Shown here piece by piece: positions 30,786-44,051 of a stretch of 64,000 nt of DNA. This DNA comes from the human T2T-CHM13v2.0 reference genome, Homo sapiens. Made by a program: the position numbers and the translations under genes. The notes beneath the pieces are model-generated. The model did not search any database, was not told where the DNA came from, and was given only the letters and a program-made list of their open reading frames with translations. The first letter of the stretch is position 1. Each line of letters starts with the position of its first letter. The stretch lies in NCBI RefSeq assembly GCF_009914755.1, contig NC_060925.1, one strand, 5' to 3'.

Positions 30786-32116
30786 ATGGAATCGTCATCG
30801 AATGAATTGAATGCAATCATCGAATGGTCTCGAATGGAATCATCTTCTAATGGAAAGGAATGGAATCATCGCATAGAATCGAATGGAATTATCATCGAAT
30901 GGAATCGAATGGTATCAACACCAAACGGAAAAAAACGGAATTATCGAATGGAATCGAAGAGAATCTTCGAACGGACCCGAATGGAATCATCTAATGGAAT
31001 GGAATGGAATAATCCATGGACTCGAATGCAATCACCATCGAATGGAATCGAATGGAATCATCGAATGGACTCGAATGGAATAATCATTGAACGGAATCGA
31101 ATGGAATCATCATCGGATGGAAATGAATGGAATCATCATCGAATGGAATCGAATAGAATTATGGAATGAAATCCAGTGTGATCATCATCGAATGGACCCG
31201 AATGGAATCATCATCCAACGGAAGCTAATGGAATCAACATCGAATGAATCGAATGGAAACACCATCGAATTGAAACGAATGGAATTATCATGAAATTGAA
31301 ATGGATGGACTCATCATCGAATGGATTCGAATGCAATCATCGAATAAAATTGATTGAAATCATCATCAAATGGAATCGAATGGTATCATTGAATGGAATC
31401 GAATGGAATCATCATCAGATGGAAATGAATGGAATCGTCATAGAATGGAATCGAATGGATTCATTGAATGGAATCAGATGGAATCATCGAATGGACTGGA
31501 ATGGAATCATTGAATGGACTCGAAAGGCATCATTATTGAATGGAATTGAATGGAATCATCGAATGGTCTCGATTGGAATCATTACCAAATGGAATCGAAT
31601 GGAATCACCGAATAGAATCGAATGGAACAATCATCGAATGGACTCAAATGGAATTATCCTCCAATGGAATCGAATGGAATTATCGAATGCAATCGAATGG
31701 AATTATCGAATGCAATCGAATGGAGTTATCGAATGCAATCGAATAGAATCATCGAATGGACTCGAATGGAATCATCGAATGGAATGGAATGGAACAGTCA
31801 ATGAACTCGAATGGAATCATCATTGAATGGAATCGAATGGAATCATCGAGTGGAATCGAATGGAATTATGATCAAATGGAATCGAATGTAATCATCATCA
31901 AATGGAATCAAAAATAACCATCATCAATTGGTATTGAATGGAATTGTCATCAAATGGAATTCAAAGGAATCATCATCAAATGGAACCGAATGGAATCCTC
32001 ATTGAATGGAAATGAAAGGGGTCATCATCTAATGGAATCGCATGGAATCATCATCAAATGGAATCGAATGGAATCATCATCAAATGGAATCTAATGGAAT
32101 CATTGAACAGAATTGA
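30786..32116 (+). repeat. 1,331-bp variant unit
   Basis: Hybrid structure with CACCATCG, GGCATCATT (31526) and GGAGTTATC in the third 23-mer (31722). Confidence 0.92.
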
Positions 32117-33892
32117 ATGGAATCGTCATCGAATGAATTGAATGCAATCATCGAATGGTCTCGAATGGAATCATCTTCTAATGGAAAGGAATGGAATCAT
32201 CGCATAGAATCGAATGGAATTATCATCGAATGGAATCGAATGGTATCAACACCAAACGGAAAAAAACGGAATTATCGAATGGAATCGAAGAGAATCTTCG
32301 AACGGACCCGAATGGAATCATCTAATGGAATGGAATGGAATAATCCATGGACTCGAATGCAATCATCATCGAATGGAATCGAATGGAGTCATCGAATGGA
32401 CTCGAATGGAATAATCATTGAACGGAATCGAATGGAATCATCATCGGATGGAAACGAATGGAATCATCATCGAATGGAAATGAAAGGAGTCATCATCTAA
32501 TGGAATTGCATGGAATCATCATAAAATGCAATCGAATGGAATCAACATCAAATGGAATCAAATGGAATCATTGAACGGAATTGAATGGAATCGTCATCGA
32601 ATGAATTGACTGCAATCATCGAATGGTCTCGAATGGAATCATCTTCAAATGGAATGGAATGGAATCATCGCATAGAATCGAATGGAATTATCATCGAATG
32701 GAATCGAATGGAATCAACATCAAACGGAAAAAAACGGAATTATTGAATGGAATCGAAGAGAATCATCGAATGGACCCGAATGGAATCATCTAATGGAATG
32801 GAATGGAATAATCCATGGACTCGAATGCAATCATCATCGAATGGAATCGAATGGAATCATCGAATGGACTCGAATGGAATAATCATTGAACGGAATCGAA
32901 TGGAATCATCATCGGATGGAAATGAATGGAATCATCATCGAATGGAATCGAATAGAATTATGGAATGAAATCCAGTGTGATCATCATCGAATGGACCCGA
33001 ATGGAATCATCATCCAACGGAAGCTAATGGAATCAACATCGAATGAATCGAATGGAAACACCATCGAATTGAAACGAATGGAATTATCATGAAATTGAAA
33101 TGGATGGACTCATCATCGAATGGATTCGAATGGAATCATCGAATAAAATTGATTGAAATCATCATCCAATGGAATCGAATGGTATCATTGAATGGAAACG
33201 AATGGAATCATCATCAGATGGAAATGAATGGAATCGTCATAGAATGGAATCGAATGGATTCATTGAATGGAATCAGATGGAATCATCGAATGGACTGGAA
33301 TGGAATCATTGAATGGACTCGAAAGGGATCATTATTGAATGGAATTGAATGGAATCATCGAATGGTCTCGATTGGAATCATTATCAAATGGAATCGAATG
33401 GAATCACCGAATAGAATCGAATGGAACAATCATCGAATGGACTCAAATGGAATTATCCTCCAATGGAATCGAATGGAATTATCGAATGCAATCGAATGGA
33501 ATTATCGAATGCAATCGAATAGAATCATCGAATGGACTCGAATGGAATCATCGAATGGAATGGAATGGAACAGTCAATGAACTCGAATGGAATCATCATT
33601 GAATGGAATCGAATGGAATCATCGAGTGGAATCGAATGGAATTATGATCAAATGGAATCGAATGTAATCATCATCAAATGGAATCAAAAATAACCATCAT
33701 CAATTGGTATTGAATGGAATTGTCATCAAATGGAATTCAAAGGAATCATCATCAAATGGAACCGAATGGAATCCTCATTGAATGGAAATGAAAGGGGTCA
33801 TCATCTAATGGAATCGCATGGAATCATCATCAAATGGAATCGAATGGAATCATCATCAAATGGAATCTAATGGAATCATTGAACAGAATTGA

Positions 33893-35642
33893 ATGGAATC
33901 GTCATCGAATGAATTGAATGCAATCATCGAATGGTCTCGAATGGAATCATCTTCTAATGGAAAGGAATGGAATCATCGCATAGAATCGAATGGAATTATC
34001 ATCGAATGGAATCGAATGGTATCAACACCAAACGGAAAAAAACGGAATTATCGAATGGAATCGAAGAGAATCTTCGAACGGACCCGAATGGAATCATCTA
34101 ATGGAATGGAATGGAATAATCCATGGACTCGAATGCAATCATCATCGAATGGAATGGAATGGAATCATCGAATGGACTCGAATGGAATAATCATTGAACG
34201 GAATCGAATGGAATCATCATCGGATGGAAACGAATGGAATCATCATCGAATGGAAATGAAAGGAGTCATCATCTAATGGAATTGCATGGAATCATTATAA
34301 AATGGAATCGAATGGAATCAACATCAAATGGAATCAAATGGAATCATTGAACGGAATTGAATGGAATCGTCATCGAATGAATTGACTGCAATCATCGAAT
34401 GGTCTCGAATGGAATCATCTTCAAATGGAATGGAATGGAATCATCGCATAGAATCGAATGGAATTATCATCGAATGGAATCGAATGGAATCAACATCAAA
34501 CGGAAAAAAACGGAATTATCGAATGGAATCGAAGAGAATCATCGAATGGACCCGAATGGAATCATCTAATGGAATGGAATGGAATAATCCATGGACTCGA
34601 ATGCAATCATCATCGAATGGAATCGAATGGAATCATCGAATGGACTCGAATGGAATAATCATTGAACGGAATCGAATGGAATCATCATCGGATGGAAATG
34701 AATGGAATCATCATCGAATGGAATCGAATAGAATTATGGAATGAAATCCAGTGTGATCATCATCGAATGGACCCGAATGGAATCATCATCCAACGGAAGC
34801 TAAGGGAATCAACATCGAATGAATCGAATGGAAACACCATCGAATTGAAACGAATGGAATTATCATGAAATTGAAATGGATGGACTCATCATCGAATGGA
34901 TTCGAATGGAATCATCGAATAAAATTGATTGAAATCATCATCGAATGGAATCGAATGGTATCATTGAATGGAATCGAATGGAATCATCATCAGATGGAAA
35001 TGAATGGAATCGTCATAGAATGGAATCGAATGGATTCATTGAATGGAATCAGATGGAATCATCGAATGGACTGGAATGGAATCATTGAATGGACTCGAAA
35101 GGGATCATTATAGAATGGAATTGAATGGAATCATCGAATGGTCTCGATTGGAATCATTACCAAATGGAATCGAATGGAATCACCGAATAGAATCGAATGG
35201 AACAATCATCGAATGGACTCAAATGGAATTATCCTCAAATGGAATCGAATGGAATTATCGAATGCAATCGAATGAAATTATCGAATGCAATCGAATAGAA
35301 TCATCGAATGGACTCGAATGGAATCATCGAATGGAATGTAATGGAACAGTCAATGAACTCGAATGGAATCATCATTGAATGGAATCGAATGGAATCATCG
35401 AGTGGAATCGAATGTAATCATCATCAAATGGAATCAAAAATAACCATCATCAATTGGTATTGAATGGAATTGTCATCAAATGGAATTCAAAGGAATCATC
35501 ATCAAATGGAACCGAATGGAATCCTCATTGAATGGAAATGAAAGGGGTCATCATCTAATGGAATCGCATGGAATCATCATCAAATGGAATCGAATGGAAT
35601 CATCATCAAATGGAATATAATGGAATCATTGAACAGAATTGA
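33893..35642 (+). repeat. 1,750-bp variant unit (26-bp deletion)
   Basis: Same deletion junction at 35403-35414. Confidence 0.92.
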
Positions 35643-38600
35643 ATGGAATCGTCATCGAATGAATTGAATGCAATCATCGAATGGTCTCGAATGGAATCAT
35701 CTTCTAATGGAAAGGAATGGAATCATCGCATAGAATCGAATGGAATTATCATCGAATGGAATCGAATGGTATCAACACCAAACGGAAAAAAACGGAATTA
35801 TCGAATGGAATCGAAGAGAATCTTCGAACGGACCCGAATGGAATCATCTAATGGAATGGAATGGAATAATCCATGGACTCGAATGCAATCATCATCGAAT
35901 GGAATCGAATGGAGTCATCGAATGGACTCGAATGGAATAATCATTGAACGGAATCGAATGGAATCATCATCGGATGGAAACGAATGGAATCATCATCGAA
36001 TGGAAATGAAAGGAGTCATCATCTAATGGAATTGCATGGAATCATCATAAAATGCAATCGAATGGAATCAACATCAAATGGAATCAAATGGAATCATTGA
36101 ACGGAATTGAATGGAATCGTCATCGAATGAATTGACTGCAATCATCGAATGGTCTCGAATGGAATCATCTTCAAATGGAATGGAATGGAATCATCGCATA
36201 GAATCGAATGGAATTATCATCGAATGGAATCGAATGGAATCAACATCAAACGGAAAAAAACAGAATTATCGTATGGAATCTAAGAGAATCATCGAATGGA
36301 CCCGAATGGAATCATCTAATGGAATGGAATGGAATAATCCATGGACTCGAATGCAATCATCATCGAATGGAATCGAATGGAATCATCGAATGGACTCGAA
36401 TGGAATAATCATTGAACGGAATCGAATGGAATCATCATCGGATGGAAATGAATGGAATCATCATCGAATGGAATCGAATAGAATTATGGAATGAAATCCA
36501 GTGTGATCATCATCGAATGGACCCGAATGGAATCATCATCCAACGGAAGCTAATGGAATCAACATCGAATGAATCGAATGGAAACACCATCGAATTGAAA
36601 CGAATGGAATTATCATGAAATTGAAATGGATGGACACATCATCGAATGGATTCGAATGGAATCATCGAATAAAATTGATTGAAATCATCATCAAATGGAA
36701 TCGAATGGTATCATTGAATGGAATCGAATGGAATCATCATCAGATGGAAATGAATGGAATCGTCATAGAATGGAATCGAATGGATTCATTGAATGGAATC
36801 AGATGGAATCATCGAATGGACTGGAATGGAATCATTGAATGGACTCGAAAGGGATCATTATTGAATGGAATTGAATGGAATCATCGAATGGTCTCGATTG
36901 GAATCATTACCAAATGGAATCGAATGGAATCACCGAATAGAATCGAATGGAACAATCATCGAATGGACTCAAATGGAATTATCCTCAAATGGAATCGAAT
37001 GGAATTATCGAATGCAATCGAATGGAATTATCGAATGCAATCGAATAGAATCATCGAATGGACTCGAATGGAATCATCGAATGGAATGGAATGGAACAGT
37101 CAATGAACTCGAATGGAATCATCATTGAATGGAATCGAATGGAATCATCGAGTGGAATCGAATGGAATTATGATCAAATGGAATCAAATGTAATCATCAT
37201 CAAATGGAATCAAAAATAACCATCATCAATTGGTATTGAATGGAATTGTCATCAAATGGAATTCAAAGGAATCATCATCAAATGGAACCGAATGGAATCC
37301 TCATTGAATGGAAATGAAAGGGGTCATCATCTAATGGAATCGCATGGAATCATCATCAAATGGAATCGAATGGAATCATCATCAAATGGAATCTAATGGA
37401 ATCATTGAACAGAATTGAATGGAATCGTCATCGAATGAATTGAATGCAATCATCGAATGGTCTCGAATGGAATCATCTTCTAATGGAAAGGAATGGAATC
37501 ATCGCATAGAATCGAATGGAATTATCATCGAATGGAATCGAATGGTATCAACACCAAACGGAAAAAAACGGAATTATCGAATGGAATCGAAGAGAATCTT
37601 CGAACGGACCCGAATGGAATCATCTAATGGAATGGAATGGAATAATCCATGGACTCGAATGCAATCATCATCGAATGGAATCGAATGGAATCATCGAATG
37701 GACTCGAATGGAATAATCATTGAACGGAATCGAATGGAATCATCATCGGATGGAAATGAATGGAATCATCATCGAATGGAAATGAAAGGAGTCATCATCT
37801 AATGGAATTGCATGGAATCATCATAAAATGGAATCGAATGGAATCAACCTCAAATGGAATCAAATGGAATCATTGAACGGAATTGAATGGAATCGTCATC
37901 GAATGAATTGACTGCAATCATCGAATGGTCTCGAATGGAATCATCTTCAAATGGAATGGAATGGAATCATCGCATAGAATCGAATGGAATTATCATCGAA
38001 TGGAATCGAATGGAATCAACATCAAACGGAAAAAAACGGAATTATCGAATGGAATCGAAGAGAATCATCGAATGGACCCGAATGGAATCATCTAATGGAA
38101 TGGAATGGAATAATCCATGGACTCGAATGCAATCATCATCGAATGGAATCGAATGGAATCATCGAATGGACTCGAATGGAATAATCATTGAACGGAATCG
38201 AATGGAATCATCATCGGATGGAAATGAATGGAATCATCATCGAATGGAATCGAATAGAATTATGGAATGAAATCCAGTGTGATCATCATCGAATGGACCC
38301 GAATGGAATCATCATCCAACGGAAGCTAATGGAATCAACATCGAATGAATCGAATGGAAACACCATCGAATTGAAACGAATGGAATTATCATGAAATTGA
38401 AATGGATGGACTCATCATCGAATGGATTCGAATGGAATCATCGAATAAAATTGATTGAAATCATCATCCAATGGAATCGAATGGTATCATTGAATGGAAT
38501 CGAATGGAATCATCATCAGATGGAAATGAATGGAATCGTCATAGAATGGAATCGAATGGATTCATTGAATGGAATCAGATGGAATCATCGAATGGACTGC

Positions 38601-39194
38601 AATGGAATCATTGAATGGACTCGAAAGGGATCATTATTGAATGGAATTGAATGGAATCATCGAATGGTCTCGATTGGAATCATTATCAAATGGAATCGAA
38701 TGGAATCACCGAATAGAATCGAATGGAACAATCATCGAATGGACTCAAATGGAATTATCCTCCAATGGAATCGAATGAAATTATCGAATGCAATCGAATG
38801 GAATTATCGAATGCAATCGAATAGAATCATCGAATGGACTCGAATGGAATCATCGAATGGAATGGAATGGAACAGTCAATGAACTCGAATGGAATCATCA
38901 TTGAATGGAATCGAATGGAATCATCGAGTGGAATCGAATGGAATTATGATCAAATGGAATCGAATGTAATCATCATCAAATGGAATCAAAAATAACCATC
39001 ATCAATTGGTATTGAATGGAATTGTCATCAAATGGAATTCAAAGGAATCATCATCAAATGGAACCGAATGGAATCCTCATTGAATGGAAATGAAAGGGGT
39101 CATCATCTAATGGAATCGCATGGAATCATCATCAAATGGAATCGAATGGAATCATCATCAAATGGAATCTAATGGAATCATTGAACAGAATTGA

Positions 39195-40525
39195 ATGGAA
39201 TCGTCATCGAATGAATTGAATGCAATCATCGAATGGTCTCGAATGGAATCATCTTCTAATGGAAAGGAATGGAATCATCGCATAGAATCGAATGGAATTA
39301 TCATCGAATGGAATCGAATGGTATCAACACCAAACGGAAAAAAACGGAATTATCGAATGGAATCGAAGAGAATCTTCGAACGGACCCGAATGGAATCATC
39401 TAATGGAATGGAATGGAATAATCCATGGACTCGAATGCAATCACCATCGAATGGAATCGAATGGAATCATCGAATGGACTCGAATGGAATAATCATTGAA
39501 CGGAATCGAATGGAATCATCATCGGATGGAAATGAATGGAATCATCATCGAATGGAATCGAATAGAATTATGGAATGAAATCCAGTGTGATCATCATCGA
39601 ATGGACCCGAATGGAATCATCATCCAACGGAAGCTAATGGAATCAACATCGAATGAATCGAATGGAAACACCATCGAATTGAAACGAATGGAATTATCAT
39701 GAAATTGAAATGGATGGACTCATCATCGAATGGATTCGAATGGAATCATCGAATAAAATTGATTGAAATCATCATCAAATGGAATCGAATGGTATCATTG
39801 AATGGAATCGAATGGAATCATCATCAGATGGAAATGAATGGAATCGTCATAGAATGGAATCGAATGGATTCATTGAATGGAATCAGATGGAATCATCGAA
39901 TGGACTGGAATGGAATCATTGAATGGACTCGAAAGGCATCATTATTGAATGGAATTGAATGGAATCATCGAATGGTCTCGATTGGAATCATTACCAAATG
40001 GAATCGAATGGAATCACCGAATAGAATCGAATGGAACAATCATCGAATGGACTCAAATGGAATTATCCTCCAATGGAATCGAATGGAATTATCGAATGCA
40101 ATCGAATGGAATTATCGAATGCAATCGAATGGAGTTATCGAATGCAATCGAATAGAATCATCGAATGGACTCGAATGGAATCATCGAATGGAATGGAATG
40201 GAACAGTCAATGAACTCGAATGGAATCATCATTGAATGGAATCGAATGGAATCATCGAGTGGAATCGAATGGAATTATGATCAAATGGAATCGAATGTAA
40301 TCATCATCAAATGGAATCAAAAATAACCATCATCAATTGGTATTGAATGGAATTGTCATCAAATGGAATTCAAAGGAATCATCATCAAATGGAACCGAAT
40401 GGAATCCTCATTGAATGGAAATGAAAGGGGTCATCATCTAATGGAATCGCATGGAATCATCATCAAATGGAATCGAATGGAATCATCATCAAATGGAATC
40501 TAATGGAATCATTGAACAGAATTGA
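39195..40525 (+). repeat. 1,331-bp variant unit
   Basis: Hybrid structure with CACCATCG, GGCATCATT and GGAGTTATC (40131). Confidence 0.92.
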
Positions 40526-42301
40526 ATGGAATCGTCATCGAATGAATTGAATGCAATCATCGAATGGTCTCGAATGGAATCATCTTCTAATGGAAAGGAA
40601 TGGAATCATCGCATAGAATCGAATGGAATTATCATCGAATGGAATCGAATGGTATCAACACCAAACGGAAAAAAACGGAATTATCGAATGGAATCGAAGA
40701 GAATCTTCGAACGGACCCGAATGGAATCATCTAATGGAATGGAATGGAATAATCCATGGACTCGAATGCAATCATCATCGAATGGAATCGAATGGAGTCA
40801 TCGAATGGACTCGAATGGAATAATCATTGAACGGAATCGAATGGAATCATCATCGGATGGAAACGAATGGAATCATCATCGAATGGAAATGAAAGGAGTC
40901 ATCATCTAATGGAATTGCATGGAATCATCATAAAATGCAATCGAATGGAATCAACATCAAATGGAATCAAATGGAATCATTGAACGGAATTGAATGGAAT
41001 CGTCATCGAATGAATTGACTGCAATCATCGAATGGTCTCGAATGGAATCATCTTCAAATGGAATGGAATGGAATCATCGCATAGAATCGAATGGAATTAT
41101 CATCGAATGGAATCGAATGGAATCAACATCAAACGGAAAAAAACGGAATTATTGAATGGAATCGAAGAGAATCATCGAATGGACCCGAATGGAATCATCT
41201 AATGGAATGGAATGGAATAATCCATGGACTCGAATGCAATCATCATCGAATGGAATCGAATGGAATCATCGAATGGACTCGAATGGAATAATCATTGAAC
41301 GGAATCGAATGGAATCATCATCGGATGGAAATGAATGGAATCATCATCGAATGGAATCGAATAGAATTATGGAATGAAATCCAGTGTGATCATCATCGAA
41401 TGGACCCGAATGGAATCATCATCCAACGGAAGCTAATGGAATCAACATCGAATGAATCGAATGGAAACACCATCGAATTGAAACGAATGGAATTATCATG
41501 AAATTGAAATGGATGGACTCATCATCGAATGGATTCGAATGGAATCATCGAATAAAATTGATTGAAATCATCATCCAATGGAATCGAATGGTATCATTGA
41601 ATGGAAACGAATGGAATCATCATCAGATGGAAATGAATGGAATCGTCATAGAATGGAATCGAATGGATTCATTGAATGGAATCAGATGGAATCATCGAAT
41701 GGACTGGAATGGAATCATTGAATGGACTCGAAAGGGATCATTATTGAATGGAATTGAATGGAATCATCGAATGGTCTCGATTGGAATCATTATCAAATGG
41801 AATCGAATGGAATCACCGAATAGAATCGAATGGAACAATCATCGAATGGACTCAAATGGAATTATCCTCCAATGGAATCGAATGGAATTATCGAATGCAA
41901 TCGAATGGAATTATCGAATGCAATCGAATAGAATCATCGAATGGACTCGAATGGAATCATCGAATGGAATGGAATGGAACAGTCAATGAACTCGAATGGA
42001 ATCATCATTGAATGGAATCGAATGGAATCATCGAGTGGAATCGAATGGAATTATGATCAAATGGAATCGAATGTAATCATCATCAAATGGAATCAAAAAT
42101 AACCATCATCAATTGGTATTGAATGGAATTGTCATCAAATGGAATTCAAAGGAATCATCATCAAATGGAACCGAATGGAATCCTCATTGAATGGAAATGA
42201 AAGGGGTCATCATCTAATGGAATCGCATGGAATCATCATCAAATGGAATCGAATGGAATCATCATCAAATGGAATCTAATGGAATCATTGAACAGAATTG
42301 A

Positions 42302-44051
42302 ATGGAATCGTCATCGAATGAATTGAATGCAATCATCGAATGGTCTCGAATGGAATCATCTTCTAATGGAAAGGAATGGAATCATCGCATAGAATCGAAT
42401 GGAATTATCATCGAATGGAATCGAATGGTATCAACACCAAACGGAAAAAAACGGAATTATCGAATGGAATCGAAGAGAATCTTCGAACGGACCCGAATGG
42501 AATCATCTAATGGAATGGAATGGAATAATCCATGGACTCGAATGCAATCATCATCGAATGGAATCGAATGGAATCATCGAATGGACTCGAATGGAATAAT
42601 CATTGAACGGAATCGAATGGAATCATCATCGGATGGAAATGAATGGAATCATCATCGAATGGAAATGAAAGGAGTCATCATCTAATGGAATTGCATGGAA
42701 TCATTATAAAATGGAATCGAATGGAATCAACATCAAATGGAATCAAATGGAATCATTGAACGGAATTGAATGGAATCGTCATCGAATGAATTGACTGCAA
42801 TCATCGAATGGTCTCGAATGGAATCATCTTCAAATGGAATGGAATGGAATCATCGCATAGAATCGAATGGAATTATCATCGAATGGAATCGAATGGAATC
42901 AACATCAAACGGAAAAAAACGGAATTATCGAATGGAATCGAAGAGAATCATCGAATGGACCCGAATGGAATCATCTAATGGAATGGAATGGAATAATCCA
43001 TGGACTCGAATGCAATCATCATCGAATGGAATCGAATGGAATCATCGAATGGACTCGAATGGAATAATCATTGAACGGAATCGAATGGAATCATCATCGG
43101 ATGGAAATGAATGGAATCATCATCGAATGGAATCGAATAGAATTATGGAATGAAATCCAGTGTGATCATCATCGAATGGACCCGAATGGAATCATCATCC
43201 AACGGAAGCTAATGGAATCAACATCGAATGAATCGAATGGAAACACCATCGAATTGAAACGAATGGAATTATCATGAAATTGAAATGGATGGACTCATCA
43301 TCGAATGGATTCGAATGGAATCATCGAATAAAATTGATTGAAATCATCATCGAATGGAATCGAATGGTATCATTGAATGGAATCGAATGGAATCATCATC
43401 AGATGGAAATGAATGGAATCGTCATAGAATGGAATCGAATGGATTCATTGAATGGAATCAGATGGAATCATCGAATGGACTGGAATGGAATCATTGAATG
43501 GACTCGAAAGGGATCATTATTGAATGGAATTGAATGGAATCATCGAATGGTCTCGATTGGAATCATTACCAAATGGAATCGAATGGAATCACCGAATAGA
43601 ATCGAATGGAACAATCATCGAATGGACTCAAATGGAATTATCCTCAAATGGAATCGAATGGAATTATCGAATGCAATCGAATGAAATTATCGAATGCAAT
43701 CGAATAGAATCATCGAATGGACTCGAATGGAATCATCGAATGGAATGTAATGGAACAGTCAATGAACTCGAATGGAATCATCATTGAATGGAATCGAATG
43801 GAATCATCGAGTGGAATCGAATGTAATCATCATCAAATGGAATCAAAAATAACCATCATCAATTGGTATTGAATGGAATTGTCATCAAATGGAATTCAAA
43901 GGAATCATCATCAAATGGAACCGAATGGAATCCTCATTGAATGGAAATGAAAGGGGTCATCATCTAATGGAATCGCATGGAATCATCATCAAATGGAATC
44001 GAATGGAATCATCATCAAATGGAATATAATGGAATCATTGAACAGAATTGA
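42302..44051 (+). repeat. 1,750-bp variant unit (26-bp deletion)
   Basis: Same deletion junction at 43812-43823. Confidence 0.92.

Larger units (their letters stand above)
18519..35642 (+). repeat. Multi-unit duplication with a 10,185-bp (six-unit) offset; about 18.5-25.5 kb repeated at about 28.7-35.6 kb, boundaries approximate
   Basis: Shared at offset 10185: GTATTCATC 18596/28781, GGACGCGAA 19012/29197, extra EcoRI 20179/30364, GGCATCATT 21341/31526, 26-bp deletion 25218/35403. Confidence 0.85.
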
